A stretch of DNA of 64,000 nucleotides. It comes from Lama guanicoe. Its lineage: Eukaryota. This document shows, piece by piece, positions 34,501 to 47,387 of the stretch. Position 1 is the stretch's first letter. Each line of letters begins with the position of its first letter. Location: NCBI GenBank assembly GCA_013239625.1, contig MU054323.1, positions 19,737,082-19,801,081 on the forward strand. The letters are read 5' to 3'. The position numbers and the translations under genes were made by a program. The notes under the pieces were generated by a model. That model did not search any database, had not been told where the DNA came from, and saw only the letters and a list, made by a program, of their open reading frames with translations.

Positions 34501-37359
34501 GGAAGAAGGAAAAAGAAGAAGGAGGGAGATGTGTTTGGGGCAATGTCTTGGCAGGAGGGAGGGTGGTCCCAGCCTCTGCAGATGGAGTCTGTCCCTTTCC
34601 TTGGGTCCAGGGTTGCAGCCCGTTGAGAGCCTGGGAGGGGAAGAACCAGCACCCGGAGATAAGCCTCAGAAGTCCCGGTGGAGAAGAGAGACTGCATAGA
34701 TGCAGAAGACAGGAACTTCATGGTTCAGGGCATTCTGGAGGAGGTAGGAGCAAAAGGATCAACAGAATAACAGGAGGGATCAGTTTTGACACCTAGGCTG
34801 GGATAGCGAGTGAGTGGGCTTGGGAGGAGCAGAGGGAGAGGTAGTGAGTCGGGAAGCGTGGTCAACATTGTCTGCCTTCTCTAGAAACAGGAACTGAATG
34901 TGGAGGAGACCCAGGAGTTGGGTGTTATAGATGGTGGGAAGGGCTGAAATAGCACCACGAGGAACTCTGTTCCAGCGAAGCCTGATCCAACCCCTACCGT
35001 GTGCAAGACTCTCCTGTTTTTCCACAGAGCATACCTCTCAGTCATCCTTGGAGACAGAATCAAGGGTCACTTTCCTTTTCCCAGAGGGCTCTGGCTGACT
35101 GTCTACTTCTGCATGGGTTCTGTTCTGCCTACAGCCCTGAACCAAACACCTGGCAGAGACTCACAGAAGGCATCTAGCGATACTTTGGGGATGAATGAAT
35201 GAACTAATATCAGAATGGATGAATGGATGAACGAGTGTCTTCTCAGCAACTGTATTCTTTCTGGGAAGACGTATAGGTGCCTCTCCTCCATCAGACCAAG
35301 ATTACACCCCCGAAACAAGGCTGCCATGTACCGTTGTGCAGGTACAAAGAATCAAAAAAAATTTCTTTCAAAGTGGCTTATCATTCAGAAAGCAAAATAT
35401 CCCAATAACTGTTGAGAAGTTGGGAAAATGCTTCTGCACCCTTGGTGCCCAGAAGTCACTCTTCCTTCTAGGCAACTGCAATGGAATGGAGGGGAGAAAG
35501 GAAGACGCAGGTCATGTGAGCAGAAAGAGACCTCCTCGAATCAGTCAATGTCCCTTCCTCGGCCGAAGCCAGGGAGATGTGGATGGATTGCCAATCAAAA
35601 GGCAAATGTCAGTGTCCCCCACGACTTGAACTGGCTGGAGAAAAGCACATAGTCACCATTATCATTTCACTCTGGCTTATAATTCAGGGAGCAGAGGATA
35701 AGTCTCACGGAGCTGAAACTCTTCACACTAGAAGTAAAATCACTTTTTAAAAAATACAACTGATTACCAACTATATTCACCTCCTATTTGGATGTGAAAA
35801 ATGCTCTAGAGGGAATTTTGGTGAGCAAAGGCCAGGATTTACTATGTATTTCCCACAAACAGGGCTCCCTGGTTTGTTCTGCAAGAAATGAAACCCAGAG
35901 GACCCACACAGCAGGCTTCTTGGGTGAAAAAAGAGTCTAAGCCAGATTAAAAAATCCACTTCAGGACTTTTTTACTGCTGGGGTGGGTTGCAGAACTGTC
36001 AATGGGCAAGAAAATAGCACATCTGGAATGTGACTCTGTCCCCTCGTTGGCTGGTATAACTCAACGCGTACGTTAGATCTTTTTTTTTTTTTTTTTTGGA
36101 TTTTGGGGTTTTTTTTAATGGCCAAGATTTATCTGGCTTCTATTCATTTTTTTAAATCCAGGGTGAATATGATTGTTAAGTTCTGTACGTCTACATTTGT
36201 GTAAATTAAAAGCCATATTTCACTCCTGGGGAGATCTCTCACTCGCCTTAGAGGTAAAAGTGGCCAGAATAAGCACTATGATCCAAGACTCCGTCAGCCA
36301 CCTCGCCCAGAAGATACTTACAGAGAGAGAGAGCACACTTGTGATTTTCTTCCCTACAGCTATATCCCCTTTGTGCCTTTATAAAATCCGGTTCTGGAAA
36401 AGTCAGTGCCAAGATGCTCAAACTGAAAGTAGACTTTTGGATTAATTTAGTCAGTCATGTTCTGACCGTGGCAACAAGAGGCTGATAACAGGCCTTTCCT
36501 GCAGCAAGCAAATTGGTTTGTAAAATTGATACAGCCATTTTAACTCCTAAAGGGATCTGAGAGGTAAGTGAGTGGACCCTTCTGGAGACAGTGATCTCTT
36601 GCTTTTCTGGTCGGGGACTGACATCAGTTTTGACCAGAAGGAAATGTCTTTTTCATGGAAGTCCACACTTGGCATTTGCTCTTAAGTTAAAAGCAAAAGC
36701 AATGTAATAAACGTTTGGTAACAACCCCCCACATGCTTAGATTTATTGGCTAGTTAAATCTTTAATGGTTAAAGTTAAAAACCTTTTATTTCAATGGACC
36801 GGGGATTTGCACAGCTGGAAGGTTGCATTTTAATATATTCAAATTGGAATGGAAAAGCCAAAATGACCAAGACATTGACTTTCTTTCTTGGGTATTCCCA
36901 AGCTGGTAGTAAGCAGACAACAGACTTAGCCCTGGGGCCCCCTCTTCAACCCAAGCCAAGCCCAAAGGGGGAAGGCAAGTGTGGGAGAAGGGAGTAGCTG
37001 CAAGGGGCCCATTTGGATGGCTCTCTTTCCACCTGCGCTCACCTGTTCTTGTTCTCCACCCAAATAGTTGAGAAATCAAGGCACAACAATATGCTGGTTC
37101 TGCCACTCAAGTGATCCGTCTTGGCTGGGTCATAACCTGCCAGTGTCACCCTTCTGGAAATTCCCTAGTTTGGTGGCCTGGATTGAAAAGGTGGCTCGCA
37201 ACAACGGTGGCAAAGGTGCTGGGGTAACCGAGTTGATGGGGGTTGATAATGTGATGAAGGGAGATAGGGAAGAATGGAAGACATCGAGGCATAACAGAAG
37301 TATAGAATTTGAGATATGAAGTGGGAGCGACGGATGGGACCAGGGGTGGTGCTGATGAC

Positions 37360-37562
37360 ATCTAACCAAATGCAAGGAGTTTCACATTGCTTTACATGAA
37401 TTATTTCTTGGCTTCTCCAATTTGGTACTGTTTTAGTCTCCTTTTACAGATAAGGAAACTGAGGTATATAGAGGTTAAGCAACTTGCCCAAGATCATGTG
37501 GCTAGAGAAAGATGGATCCAGGATTCAAACCTAGGCAATCTGACTCAAGAGCCTACAATCTT
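37360..37562 (-). mobile_element. MIR SINE
   Basis: CCTTTTACAGATAAGGAAACTGAGGTATATAGAGGTTAAGCAACTTGCCCAAGATCA. Confidence 0.9.
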
Positions 37563-37583
37563 AATGGGACCTTTAAAGATGGG

Positions 37584-37676
37584 CGGGTGGTGAGTATAGC
37601 TCAGTGGTAGAACACATGCTTAGCATGCATGGGGTCCTGGGCTCAATCCCCAGTACCTCTATTTTAAAAAAAAAAA
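37584..37676 (+). mobile_element. camelid tRNA-Ala-derived SINE (short form)
   Basis: GTATAGCTCAGTGGTAGAACACATGCTTAGCATGCATGGGGTCCTGGGCTCAATCCCCAGTACCTC + poly-A; TSD AAAGATGGG / AAAGCTGGG. Confidence 0.92.
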
Positions 37677-38619
37677 AAAGCTGGGGATGGGAATACTCGA
37701 GGTCTTGGATATTAAGGAACATGAGTGTTAAAATCACTGTTAAAGCAGAATCAACAAGGACATGTCCATCACTTTCATGAGATGGAGACATGATAATGAG
37801 GAAAATCTCATCTTCACACACATCCACACTTCATCCCAGCAGTTCCTTATGCACCTTAATGCACAGATACAAGTACTGACAAAGATGTCCATGCACCCAT
37901 CCACTCACTTCATAGGCACACACTTCAGAAACACAGACATCATGGTACCAATGCTTTCACACAGAGGTAACAATACTCAAACTCACATTCTGGCACCATG
38001 TATGTGTGCACACATACACACACATATATTTGTGCACGCCAGAGGATATACCAGATGCAGTTATCTCTTTGTGATCCCTTGGGATTCTGCAATGCCACTG
38101 TTTCTCAAACACTGACTGACTGCCATCTGTCCTGCTGACAATGACCCACCTGGCCAAGGATGGGCCCTGAAGGATGAAGGATAAAGCATGTGGATCAGAC
38201 TGCCAGGAAGAAAGATAACCCAAAGGCCCTCAGGACAATGTAAAGATAATTAGAATCATCCACCCACCACTTCCAGTCCTCCATCCTAAAAGCCCTGAGC
38301 TGTCACCCTGAGAAGGGTCAACCCAGCCTTTGCCAGTGACCTTGGCCAGGGGGAGATTAATTGAAACTGGGTCTTTGGCCATGAGTAGCTGTCTCAGCAT
38401 GCAGGATGAAGGCTGCAGGCACAGGGGTTGGGTCATTCTTGTTAAGGAAACTTGATTGCCGGGTCCCAAGGAGAGAAGACACTTGATGGAAAATGCCAGG
38501 CTCCCAGTGAATTTTCCAGTTCTTAAATGCTAATATTTCTCACATGGAGGCTTACAGACATTCACAGGGTTTTCAATTTCAAGGCCATTTGGGGTTTTTA
38601 CGGGGTTTGATGTTCTCTG

Positions 38620-39340
38620 CACAAACACAGATTTCATAATTGACGGAGTGCCAGGCTGCCCACTATGGCCCTAGGAGCGTGTCCAGCAGGACTGCAAAGC
38701 CACTCGGCTCCCACGGTCGGCCCACAAAGCTATGAGGTTTACTCCCTGGCACAGAGACCTTGCCAATTGCAGGAAGTTGGGAAATAAAAGAAACGTTTCA
38801 AATAAAAAGATGTCAATTTAACAGCCAGGGACCTGGAAACAGATGTTCCTCGCATAGCCCCAGAGCCGCCCACCCGCCGCCCATCCGTCCTCCGGGTTTT
38901 CAAAGTCACTTTTTGTCAGGTGCCCTGGTTAAGAGGGAGAATTAATGAGCTGTGCTCCATTTTACGGCTGTCGTCTGATGTGGGAGCCGTGTGCGGAGCT
39001 GCTCCGCGGACAGGCCAGCCCGGCCCCCAGCCCTTCCTCCAGCAGCTCAGCCTGGATCAAAGCGGAGAGCAGCCCGGTTTTTATAGCAAAATGATTAAAA
39101 CCGCGTGGGGCTTGTTTCCTCCCACGTGACCTCCGACAAAGTGCAGAGGAGGGAGCAAGGAAAGGTGAACCCAGGGGTCTCGGGGCTCAGGGAAGAGCGG
39201 GACTCCACATGCAGACATCACGGAAGGAAAGCCCAGATAGGGGCATGCGCATGCGCGCACACACAACCAATGCCTTTCCCCTGCGAGTTGCAACCTAGCC
39301 CCAGAAGGAGCGGCCGGAGGGTCTAATGAGCCGGGCTAGC
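38620..39340. promoter_or_regulatory. CpG-enriched candidate enhancer / orphan CpG-island-like element
   Basis: Visibly higher CpG density; GATCAAAG (39055), CACGTGAC (39123), TGCGCATGCGC (39246), TTTTACGG, TTTTATAG, ATTAATGAG. Confidence 0.5.
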
Positions 39341-39524
39341 TGGGACCACACAGCATCACAGTAGTCTATAGCTAGATAGCTAGATAGCCAAATAGATTCA
39401 GTTACTTCTAGTCCTTGTAGGAAGTAGTACAACTGGATTGTACTGACACAATAAGTTTCAAAAGTCCCTGCTGCATCTGGACAGATAACTTCGCATCCTG
39501 CCCGCCCGACAATCACAGCTCCAC

Positions 39525-40003
39525 CGTGGTAGGCAGCCTCACTTCTCATCACCCATTGATTCCCGCATGTGTAATCTCCTCCTCTTGAAATTGTTTCTAG
39601 CGAATAGAATGAAGCAAAGTTCATGAGATGCCACATCCAAGATGATGTTACTCAGAGACCATGGCTTCCTTCGTGGACATAACTCTTGCTCTGAAGGAAG
39701 CCAGCTGCCATGTTGGCTCTGAACTGGGAGAAGCCCACATGGCAAAGAATGGAGGGAGACGCCAGCAGCCTGTGAGGAACTGAAGCCTGCCAACAGCCAC
39801 AAGAGTGAGTCTGAAAGCAGACCCTCACCACTCCTCAAGCTTTCAGGTAACTGCAGCCCCACTCACCTTGATTGTAGCCATCAGACAGACTTAAGTGGTG
39901 CCTGAATTTTTGACCCATAGAAACTCTGAGATAGTAAATGGTGGTTGTTTTAAGCTGCTAAGTTTGCAGGTAATTTGGAAGGTGGCCATAGATAAATAAT
40001 ATA
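39525..40003 (+). mobile_element. MaLR solo LTR (MLT1F-like)
   Basis: (C)GTGGTAGGCAGCCTC...GGAAGCCAGCTGCCATGTT...GTTGTTTTAAGCTGCTAAGTTTG...ATAGATAAATAATATA. Confidence 0.85.
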
Positions 40004-40149
40004 CCTACCTTGGCTCCTCCTCCCCACCCGAAAATCACATCCCCCTCAATCCTTCCTCCTCCCCTAAGATACCCCTGTGCAGCCAGGTATAATTTACAGC
40101 AGTCTTTAAGTGGGGCTTCTACCATCAGCCCTACTGCTGCCTTTAGCTC

Positions 40150-40572
40150 TCTGAGCTCATCCCAGCCACCCTAGCCTCCTTGCTGTGCCTTTAACACACT
40201 AGGTGTGCAGTCACCTCAGGGCTTTTGCACTTCCCCAGGGCTTGCTTTCCCTCCTCCTTCAAGTCTTTGCTTAGATATCTCCTTCTCAGCTAGGATTTGG
40301 CCAACCACTCTACATAAAAATGAAATCCCTTCCACCATACCCCTTCTGCTCCCTATTTCCCTCTCCTGCTTAGTTTTTGCCACAGACTTTATCATCAACT
40401 AGCATATTACATATCTTATTAATACTGTTTCTTGTCTGAACTCTCCTTACTAGACCAAAAGACAAGGGTCTGGGGATTTTTTGTCTGTTTTGTTCACTGC
40501 TCCATTCCCAGTGCCTAGAATCTTGCCTGGCCCATTGTAGACGTTCAAAGAGAATTCACTGAATAAATTAAT
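40150..40572 (+). mobile_element. L2a 3' end
   Basis: CCAGCCACCCTAGCCTCCTTGCTGT...TTGTCTGTTTTGTTCACTGCT..CCCAGTGCCTAGAA. Confidence 0.88.
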
Positions 40573-40619
40573 GGGTAGAAATATATATATCTCCCATTTT
40601 CCAAACACCTATGATTAAA

Positions 40620-40995
40620 CACCAAATATGTATTGTCATTCATCTTCATAACAACTCTACAAGGTTGACATTATTGTTTTTTGTTTTACAGAATTTAAAA
40701 CCTGAGACAAAAGGATGCTACATTATTCGAGGTCCCATAGCTAATACACAGAAGTGCTGGGATTTGAGCCTCCTACATTTTCTTCTCTACCTTCTTTCCA
40801 TTGCACAGATAACTCTTTACAGTTAACGAAGTTGCTTTCCAAGGCAACAATCTCATCTAAGCTTCACAATAACCCTGTGAGGTCAGAACTGTAATTATTA
40901 TCTCCATTTTGACAGAGATGGAAAGCAAAGCTCAGAGAGGTGAAGGTATGTGCCCTGGTTGACACAGTTGGTAAACAGCAGAGCTAGAATTTCCT
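40620..40995 (-). mobile_element. two MIR fragments (~40620-40790, ~40850-40995)
   Basis: TCTTCATAACAACTCTACAAGG; CTTCACAATAACCCTGTGAGG...ATTATCTCCATTTTGACAGAGATGGAAAGCAAAGCTCAGAGAGG. Confidence 0.75.
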
Positions 40996-41399
40996 TTGTT
41001 CATTCAAAAGACATTGACTGAGCAGCTCCCGGGTGCCAGATACCATAACTAGTAGGACAGGGTCCCCCCTCAAGTCTTCCTGTTCCCTACAACCCCCAGT
41101 TCCCAGGGACTGTGTGTTGGCCCCAGTGTGCCGAGTATTTGTTCAGAGTAAATGTGGATATTTGTAAACGTTAACTTATAAGTTGTCGGGCATGGCCTCA
41201 GAGGGGCTGATCTGAAGGGACATTGACAAATGAGGCCTGAGACCTTTAGGAAGGGAACCAGAAGAAAGTATGAGTAAGGGGATTTTTAAAGATGGAGACA
41301 GAAGATGCATTAAGCAAAAGAAGGTTGAGGTATCAGAGTTTTTAAAAATCACCCCCTTCTTTTTCACAAAAGCTGCAAATGGTGACTTAAGAACATTTT

Positions 41400-42050
41400 T
41401 CAATTTTAAAATCCCTTTTTATTCCTATTCTTCATGCCCATCCCCCCACAGGCAACCCTCTCAAAGTGTCCAGTGTATACATATCTCTTGGTTTGTTTGT
41501 GCTTTGGCAAAGTGCTTATATTGCTTTTGGGCATAAGTATTTTTAACTTACACAAATAGCATTATGCTGTGTATCTTCTTCTGTTTTTTACTTTTCCACC
41601 CAGCACTATATTTCAAAGATCCATTCGTGCTACTGAGTGTACATCTAATCTGTTGCTTCCAACTATTATGTAATATTCCATGGTGTGTAGCTACCAAGCC
41701 TACCCATCCACTTCCCCCAAGGATGACACCCAGATGCTCCCTACCACCAGTGCGATACTATGACACACATGTCCCTCCTGGGCCTGTGGGAAAGGAACTG
41801 CTGGTACCCAGCATATCAAAAGTTTCAATTCAGTAGTCCTGCTTGCTGTCCAGATACAGTCCAACCAGCAGGGCATGCACATCCTTACACCCTCATATTC
41901 CAGCCATCACCTGGAGTTATCCGGCTTTCTAATTTCTGCCAGTCCAATAGCTATGAAGTGATACCTTCTTATTTACTTAATTTGCTTCTCTCTGATTATT
42001 AATGAGTTAGAGCAACTCCTCATTTGCTTGTTGGCCTGTTAGGTTTTCTT
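41400..42050 (-). mobile_element. old L1 (L1ME class) fragment
   Basis: TTTCAAAGATCCATTCGTG...TAATATTCCATGGTGTG...TTTGCTTCTCTCTGATTATTAATGAGTTAGAGCA. Confidence 0.75.
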
Positions 42051-42361
42051 GAATGAGCTAATCAGATTTAAGTGGAAGAAGGAAGATTAGTCCACAAAAC
42101 TAACCTGGATTCTTGGGAAAAGGGGAAGGGGTTGGGAGGTTCCCAGGCATAGGAACTAGGAATTCTTAGGCAACACTTCCAAGTGGAAAAGGCTTCAAGG
42201 TGAACAGTTTGGGCCTGAACTATAGGGTTTTCCTTGAAAACCATCTTTTTATTTCCCTCAAGACACAGGACAGACAGGGAAAACAGGATAACTCAGTAGG
42301 AAAGAATGAAGTCAGCCAGGACGATAGAAGCTGGATTCAGCCAGTCAAAGCATATTTCCTG

Positions 42362-43398
42362 GAAACTTAAATAAACTGGATTCTATTCAGAGGAAGAATT
42401 TCTGTTCCTCAAAAGACACAATTAAGAGACTGGAGAGCCAATCCAGTGTGGGAGATGATTTCAAAGACTATGTGTGTGTGTGTGTATGTGTGTGTGTGTG
42501 TGTGTGTGTGTATGACAAAGGACGTAGATCCAGACTATATACCTAACCTCTACAAATCATTAAAAAAAGACAAACTACTCAGTAGAAATATAGGCAAAAG
42601 ACTTGAACAAGCACTTCACAAAAGAGGATATACAAATGGCCAATAACCATAAGGAAACGTACCCTAATGTCTTTAGTAATCAGAAATACAAACTGGACCA
42701 TCAGTGAGATACCACTGTACACCCCTCAAAGTGGCTGAAATGAAAAAGACAGGCAATACCAAATGTTCAGTGGAACATAAATTGGCACATCCTCTTTTGG
42801 AAACTATTCTGCAGTATCTTCTAAAGCTGCCCTTTGGGTATACATACCCTCAGACCTAATAATTCCATGTCAGGTATATATCCAAAAGAAATGCATTCAC
42901 CAAAATACATGCACAAGAGTGCTCACAGCATCACAATTCATAATATACATAAACTGGAAACTCCCTTAAAAGACCCACCATCAATAGAATGGATATGTAA
43001 TTGTGGCTTACTCACATAATGAAATCCGACACAGCAACGAAAATGAAAGAACTACTGCTTCACACAACAATATAGATGAATGTCACAAACGTGATGTTGA
43101 GCAGAAAATAGCCAGGTACAAAAGAGTCCATGTTACAGTTATTTATGTACGTTTGTATACAGTACAGAAACAGGTGGGACTAATCTGTGGTGAAGTCAAG
43201 ACAGTGATTGCCCTTGAGCAGGTATCAGCTCAAGGGTCTGGGGGCTGGGGCATCGGGAGCAGGGGAAGTGTTCTGTATCTTGATGAGAGTGCTGATTACA
43301 TGGATGTGTTCAGTCTGAGAAATGTCACCAAGCTATATTCTTAAGATGTGTATTCTTTTCTGTATATATGTTATACTTCAATAAAAACTTTAAAAAAA
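42362..43398 (+). mobile_element. old L1 (L1ME class) ORF2 end and 3' UTR with (TG)n at 42470-42511
   Basis: GGCAAAAGACTTGAACAAGCACTTCACAAAAGAGGATATACAAATGGCCAATAA...TGTATATATGTTATACTTCAATAAAAA. Confidence 0.88.
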
Positions 43399-43879
43399 CA
43401 TGTCATGGGGACACATTGCCTCGCCCCAGCCCTATACTGACAAATCAGGAGTAGGAGACAGCCCGGGAAGAGGGGACTGAAAACAGCCTGCAGTATCATC
43501 ACGCGCATTGAAGGACAGATGATCACCCTGCCTTGCTTTGTGAGCGGAGCACGAGTTGAGTGCACAGCCAAGACGTGCCTTGTGAGGTTTCAGATGAGAA
43601 CAAGATAGGAGTGCCTTAAATGTGGGCAGAGCTTTATGAAGGACCAAGCCCTTGTATGTATTTACTCCCGTCCTGCAGCTGAGTGAACCAAGATTCCTAA
43701 AGGCAATGCGACTTGCCTGCGGTTACACTGCTAATAAGCCCCAGAGTGATGTCTAGTCTCCCAGCTCAAAGATTTTTCTCTCAGGCCACACTGCCAGCTC
43801 TACCTGAGCCTGAGCAATCAGGGGAGACTGCCTGGGGGAGCAACAAATTACGTCGGATGCTGAAGGATGGAGACGATTC

Positions 43880-44420
43880 AGGACAGACCACAGAGGAAGC
43901 CGGCGCATACGCTATGGCAAAGAAAGGCCAGGACCAGAACTTACCAGTGTAGCGAGAACTCGGCTTTCTGCAGAGGTGCCGGTGGAGAGGCTTCTGGGAG
44001 ACAGGCACAAAGAGCGGCCCAGGGAGTCGGGCCGCTCCGCCGGCCTCGCTCTCTTGCCCCTTCTGTAAAGCCCTAGGAGTGTCTCTCCTCCCCACTGCTC
44101 TCAGTGCCCCCAGATTTATTTTGCTTTCTTGCACTAAATCAAACTTTATCAGACAGTTTTACTGTCAGCCGTTAAACCAAAATGTGTTTGTGCAACAGTA
44201 AACACCCTGTTACTGCAGGGAAGGATTACATAAACAACAGCGGAGACAGGCCTGACTCGCCGGTACCCAGGAGCCCGTGGCGCTCGGTGAGGCTGGAAGA
44301 GGCAGACAGGAGGGCACGTCAGGGGCATCCCTGAGCCTGAGAGCGAGCAGGACGGCCCACACTCTGGCCAGGGGTATATGCCTCTATCAGAATGGAATGG
44401 CCGGCACACACTTCTCCAGA
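43880..44420. promoter_or_regulatory. CpG-enriched candidate enhancer with a forkhead motif cluster
   Basis: AT-rich core 44110-44240 with TGTTTG, GTAAACA (44198), ATAAACA (44230), CTGTCA (44162) and TAAATCA (44135), within CpG-rich flanks. Confidence 0.45.
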
Positions 44421-45239
44421 TAGCAGCGTGCATGCTCCTCCAGAGATTTCACTGGGTTACGTAGACCCTCACCAGAGCCCAGGGGGAGAGGCCAGGTGGG
44501 AGGGACAGTTGGGGGGCTGTTGGGGAATGCTAGGTAGGGGTGGAGGTGGGCAGGTTTGCATTAAAACCTGGTGAGATAGGGTGGGCTGGGGGGCTAAATA
44601 GGGTTGGAAAAAAGATAAAGGCTGGAAGAAGTAAAGAGAGGAGGGGCTTAGGGTGAGGATCAGGAGACAAAAGGATAAAGAAGTTCGGGCTGACTGCTAG
44701 GATCTGAATTGTTGGCCAAGGAGCAAAGAGACTGGGGCCCCTTTCGTGATGAATGGGGGCATGGAGGTTTATACCGGCCTGGGGTGAGTGGCAGATAGAG
44801 ACATTGGGGTATCTGCCCAGAGGCAAGGACCGGCGGGCAGAGTAAGTCAGCTGGATTGCCCCTCTCCCTGGATCTGCCCAAGGTCACCAGGACTCCAGGC
44901 TCCTCTCAAGACACACTTCTCCCTCCACACATCCACACTTAAGACCCTCTCATCACGGCTGCTTGCCAAGCCAGAGAGCCGTGAGACATAAGCTGTCTAA
45001 GGGAACTTGAGAGACAGGAGGCTCCAAGTCCTGGATGGAACCCTGGGGACAGCTGGAAAAAGATGAACAAATAGCTTACATGTTTGCCCCTGTCAAGCAC
45101 TGGGCACCATGCTGGGAGCTTCTGTCCCACAGACACTTTTTCATTTTGAGTCTCACACCTACACTTTGAAACAGAAATTATCCCCATACACCACACTACC
45201 TGTTCACATTAATTATCTTATTCCTCCTACGTGACTGTT

Positions 45240-45460
45240 AACAATGATCAGTTTATGGAGTCCTTACTATGTTGTAGATACTCTGGCTCTATTTTTTCAT
45301 CTCTTCCTCACATCCAGTTAATGAAGCAGGTACTTTCATTATCCTCTTTTCAGGAAACAAAGACTCAGAGAGGTTAAATTGCTTGGCTGGGTCACACAGC
45401 TAGTAAATGATAGAGTCACAATTGGAGCCCATATCCCTCTAATGTCAGAGGCTGTGCTCT
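45240..45460 (-). mobile_element. MIR SINE
   Basis: GACTCAGAGAGGTTAAATTGCTTGGCTGGGTCACACAGCTAGTAAATG. Confidence 0.88.
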
Positions 45461-46122
45461 CCGTGTCTGAGTCTGTGCTAAGACAGTGTAGAGGAAGAGA
45501 TAGTGTAATTGGGGGCCCCTGCTGACGCGTAATCGCAGAGGACCTCGCTGAAGAATAGGGAACGAGGTCATCGGCCCCATTCAAGGCCCAACAAAGTGCT
45601 GGAAGCCATCGGCAGCCCTCCAGAGCCCTGGAAACCAATGGTCATTCCAGTCTGAAAGTCTGTAAGGCATCTGCCTCAGCTTCCTTAAGTCCTGGCCTGA
45701 AGCATTTTAGCCCTGGAGGCTCTATCTGCCTCTTCCCTCCAAGGTCCAGATCCCAAGCATCCCCTCACTCTTGCCTTTGGCCTTCGAAGCTGCTCCCCAG
45801 GTACTTCATCTCCCCATCACCATCCCGCCTCCCCCTCCCTGCTACAGGGCCCACCAGCCAGGCCACAGCCCTGGAGCCTGAGGCCACACAACAGAGGCCT
45901 AACACCTAAGGTTACTGTGACCTCAGAGCCTTAGGTCACCGGGGCTGCAAGTCCCCAGGTTACTGCAGTCTTTCTGCTCAGGTCCTAAGTACACATAGGC
46001 CACTGACTTCATCAACAATCTAGTCCCTTCTGAAGAGACCATGGAATCCAGCTTGGATCCTGGGATCTGGACCCATGTCTAGCGCCACAAATCTCAGGAC
46101 TCTGTTTAGCAGAATCACAAGG

Positions 46123-46280
46123 CAGGATTCAAGGGGGCAGGCCCAGGATCCCACGCTCAGAAAGGTCTGTGCTTGGTTTAATGCCCTGTGGTCATTGAAA
46201 TTCTTATTTTTTTTCCTTCTAACAAGGAGCTCTGTATTCTTATTTCGCACTAGGCCCTACAAATTGTATAATTGGTCCTG
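46123..46280 (+). mobile_element. MER45A-like hAT-Tip100 MITE
   Basis: CCCACGCTCAGAAAGG..GCTTGGTTTAATGC..TTGAAATTCTTA...TTTCGCACTAGGCCCTACAAATT...GGTCCTG. Confidence 0.85.
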
Positions 46281-46669
46281 CCCAACCGCATTCATATTCC
46301 TATAGCCTGGACCCTCCTCTTGGGTCCTCTGAGCCAATTCCAGATGTAGGAAGCCTTGTGTGGTTAGGAACCCCTGCTCAAGCGGAACATTGCTAGCCCA
46401 GAAGGCAAATCAGGGCTGGCCCAGGGAAGGGCACAGTTAGGGGAGATTGTTCTGTGGATTTCTGGCATCTGGGACTCTGGGGACAGCAGGAGGAGAGGAA
46501 AGAGACTGTCATATAGGGAAGAAGGTGGAAGAGAAACAGATGAGCTTCCAGGAGCTACCTACAGCCAAGCAAGCTGGGGAAATGAAATAACCAGAGGTTC
46601 GGGGAGCTTATGCCCCAGGGGTTCTGGAACCACAGCAGCAAGGCCAGCTGCAGGCGCAGAGTCTGAGGC

Positions 46670-47030
46670 AGTATATAAGAGAAGTTAGGCACTTGGGGTT
46701 CAAGTCCTGCTCCGCCACTCAGTAGGTGTGATCTTGCTCCAGGCAAGCTCCATTTCTTCAGCTGTAGAATAAAAATAATGCCTGCTCAAGTAGAGGAAAA
46801 ATTAGAGGCAATGTAAGTAAGGAACTATTCCTGAAGTGCCTGCCACATAACAGGCAATGCCCAAGACAAAATACGTACCCCTTGGAAGGCCTTATTTAAT
46901 TCTCAGGGTCCACCTATGAGGTGGATATTGAGGCTGAGAGCATGGACCCTGCCAAGGTCACAGAGCAGGTGAGAAGCAGCACTGAGGTTTGAAGCCAGCT
47001 TCGTGAGACTCCAAGCCTTCTGGCTGCCAC
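46670..47030. mobile_element. two MIRs in opposite orientation (+ ~46670-46855; - ~46890-47030)
   Basis: GGGTTCAAGTCCTGCTCCGCCACTCAGTAGGTGTGATCTTG; GCCAAGGTCACAGAGC..GGTTTGAAGCCAG. Confidence 0.7.
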
Positions 47031-47387
47031 CACCCCTTCCTGTCAGGCAGCGTGACGCTGAGCTAGGGATGTGTGTGCAGGTTTAGTCACACAGATCCAT
47101 CAGTGAGAAAAGTATTCCAAGAGTAGATGACATCAAGGAGGTTCTTCTACGAACTATCATTTAAAGTCCCTCTTTTGGGGGAAAAAAATCTTTTTCTAAA
47201 AGGAAAAGTATAATTAGAGACCATCCATGCAGTCTCCGTGGAGCTTGCCCCACCTCCTCACCATCTGCCACCCTGTCTGAGCAGACTGGAACGGAGGCCG
47301 CCATCATGTCTGGAGAGGAGGATGCTGGGATGACTGCCAGCAACCCAGGCGCTCCCATAATCCCACTACACTTACTGGGTTTTTTCC

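Noticed and set aside
35316..35343. CAAGGCTGCCATGTACCGTTGTGCAGGT resembling a MER91 terminus
   Set aside because: Only ~28 bp, and I could not trace the rest of the element
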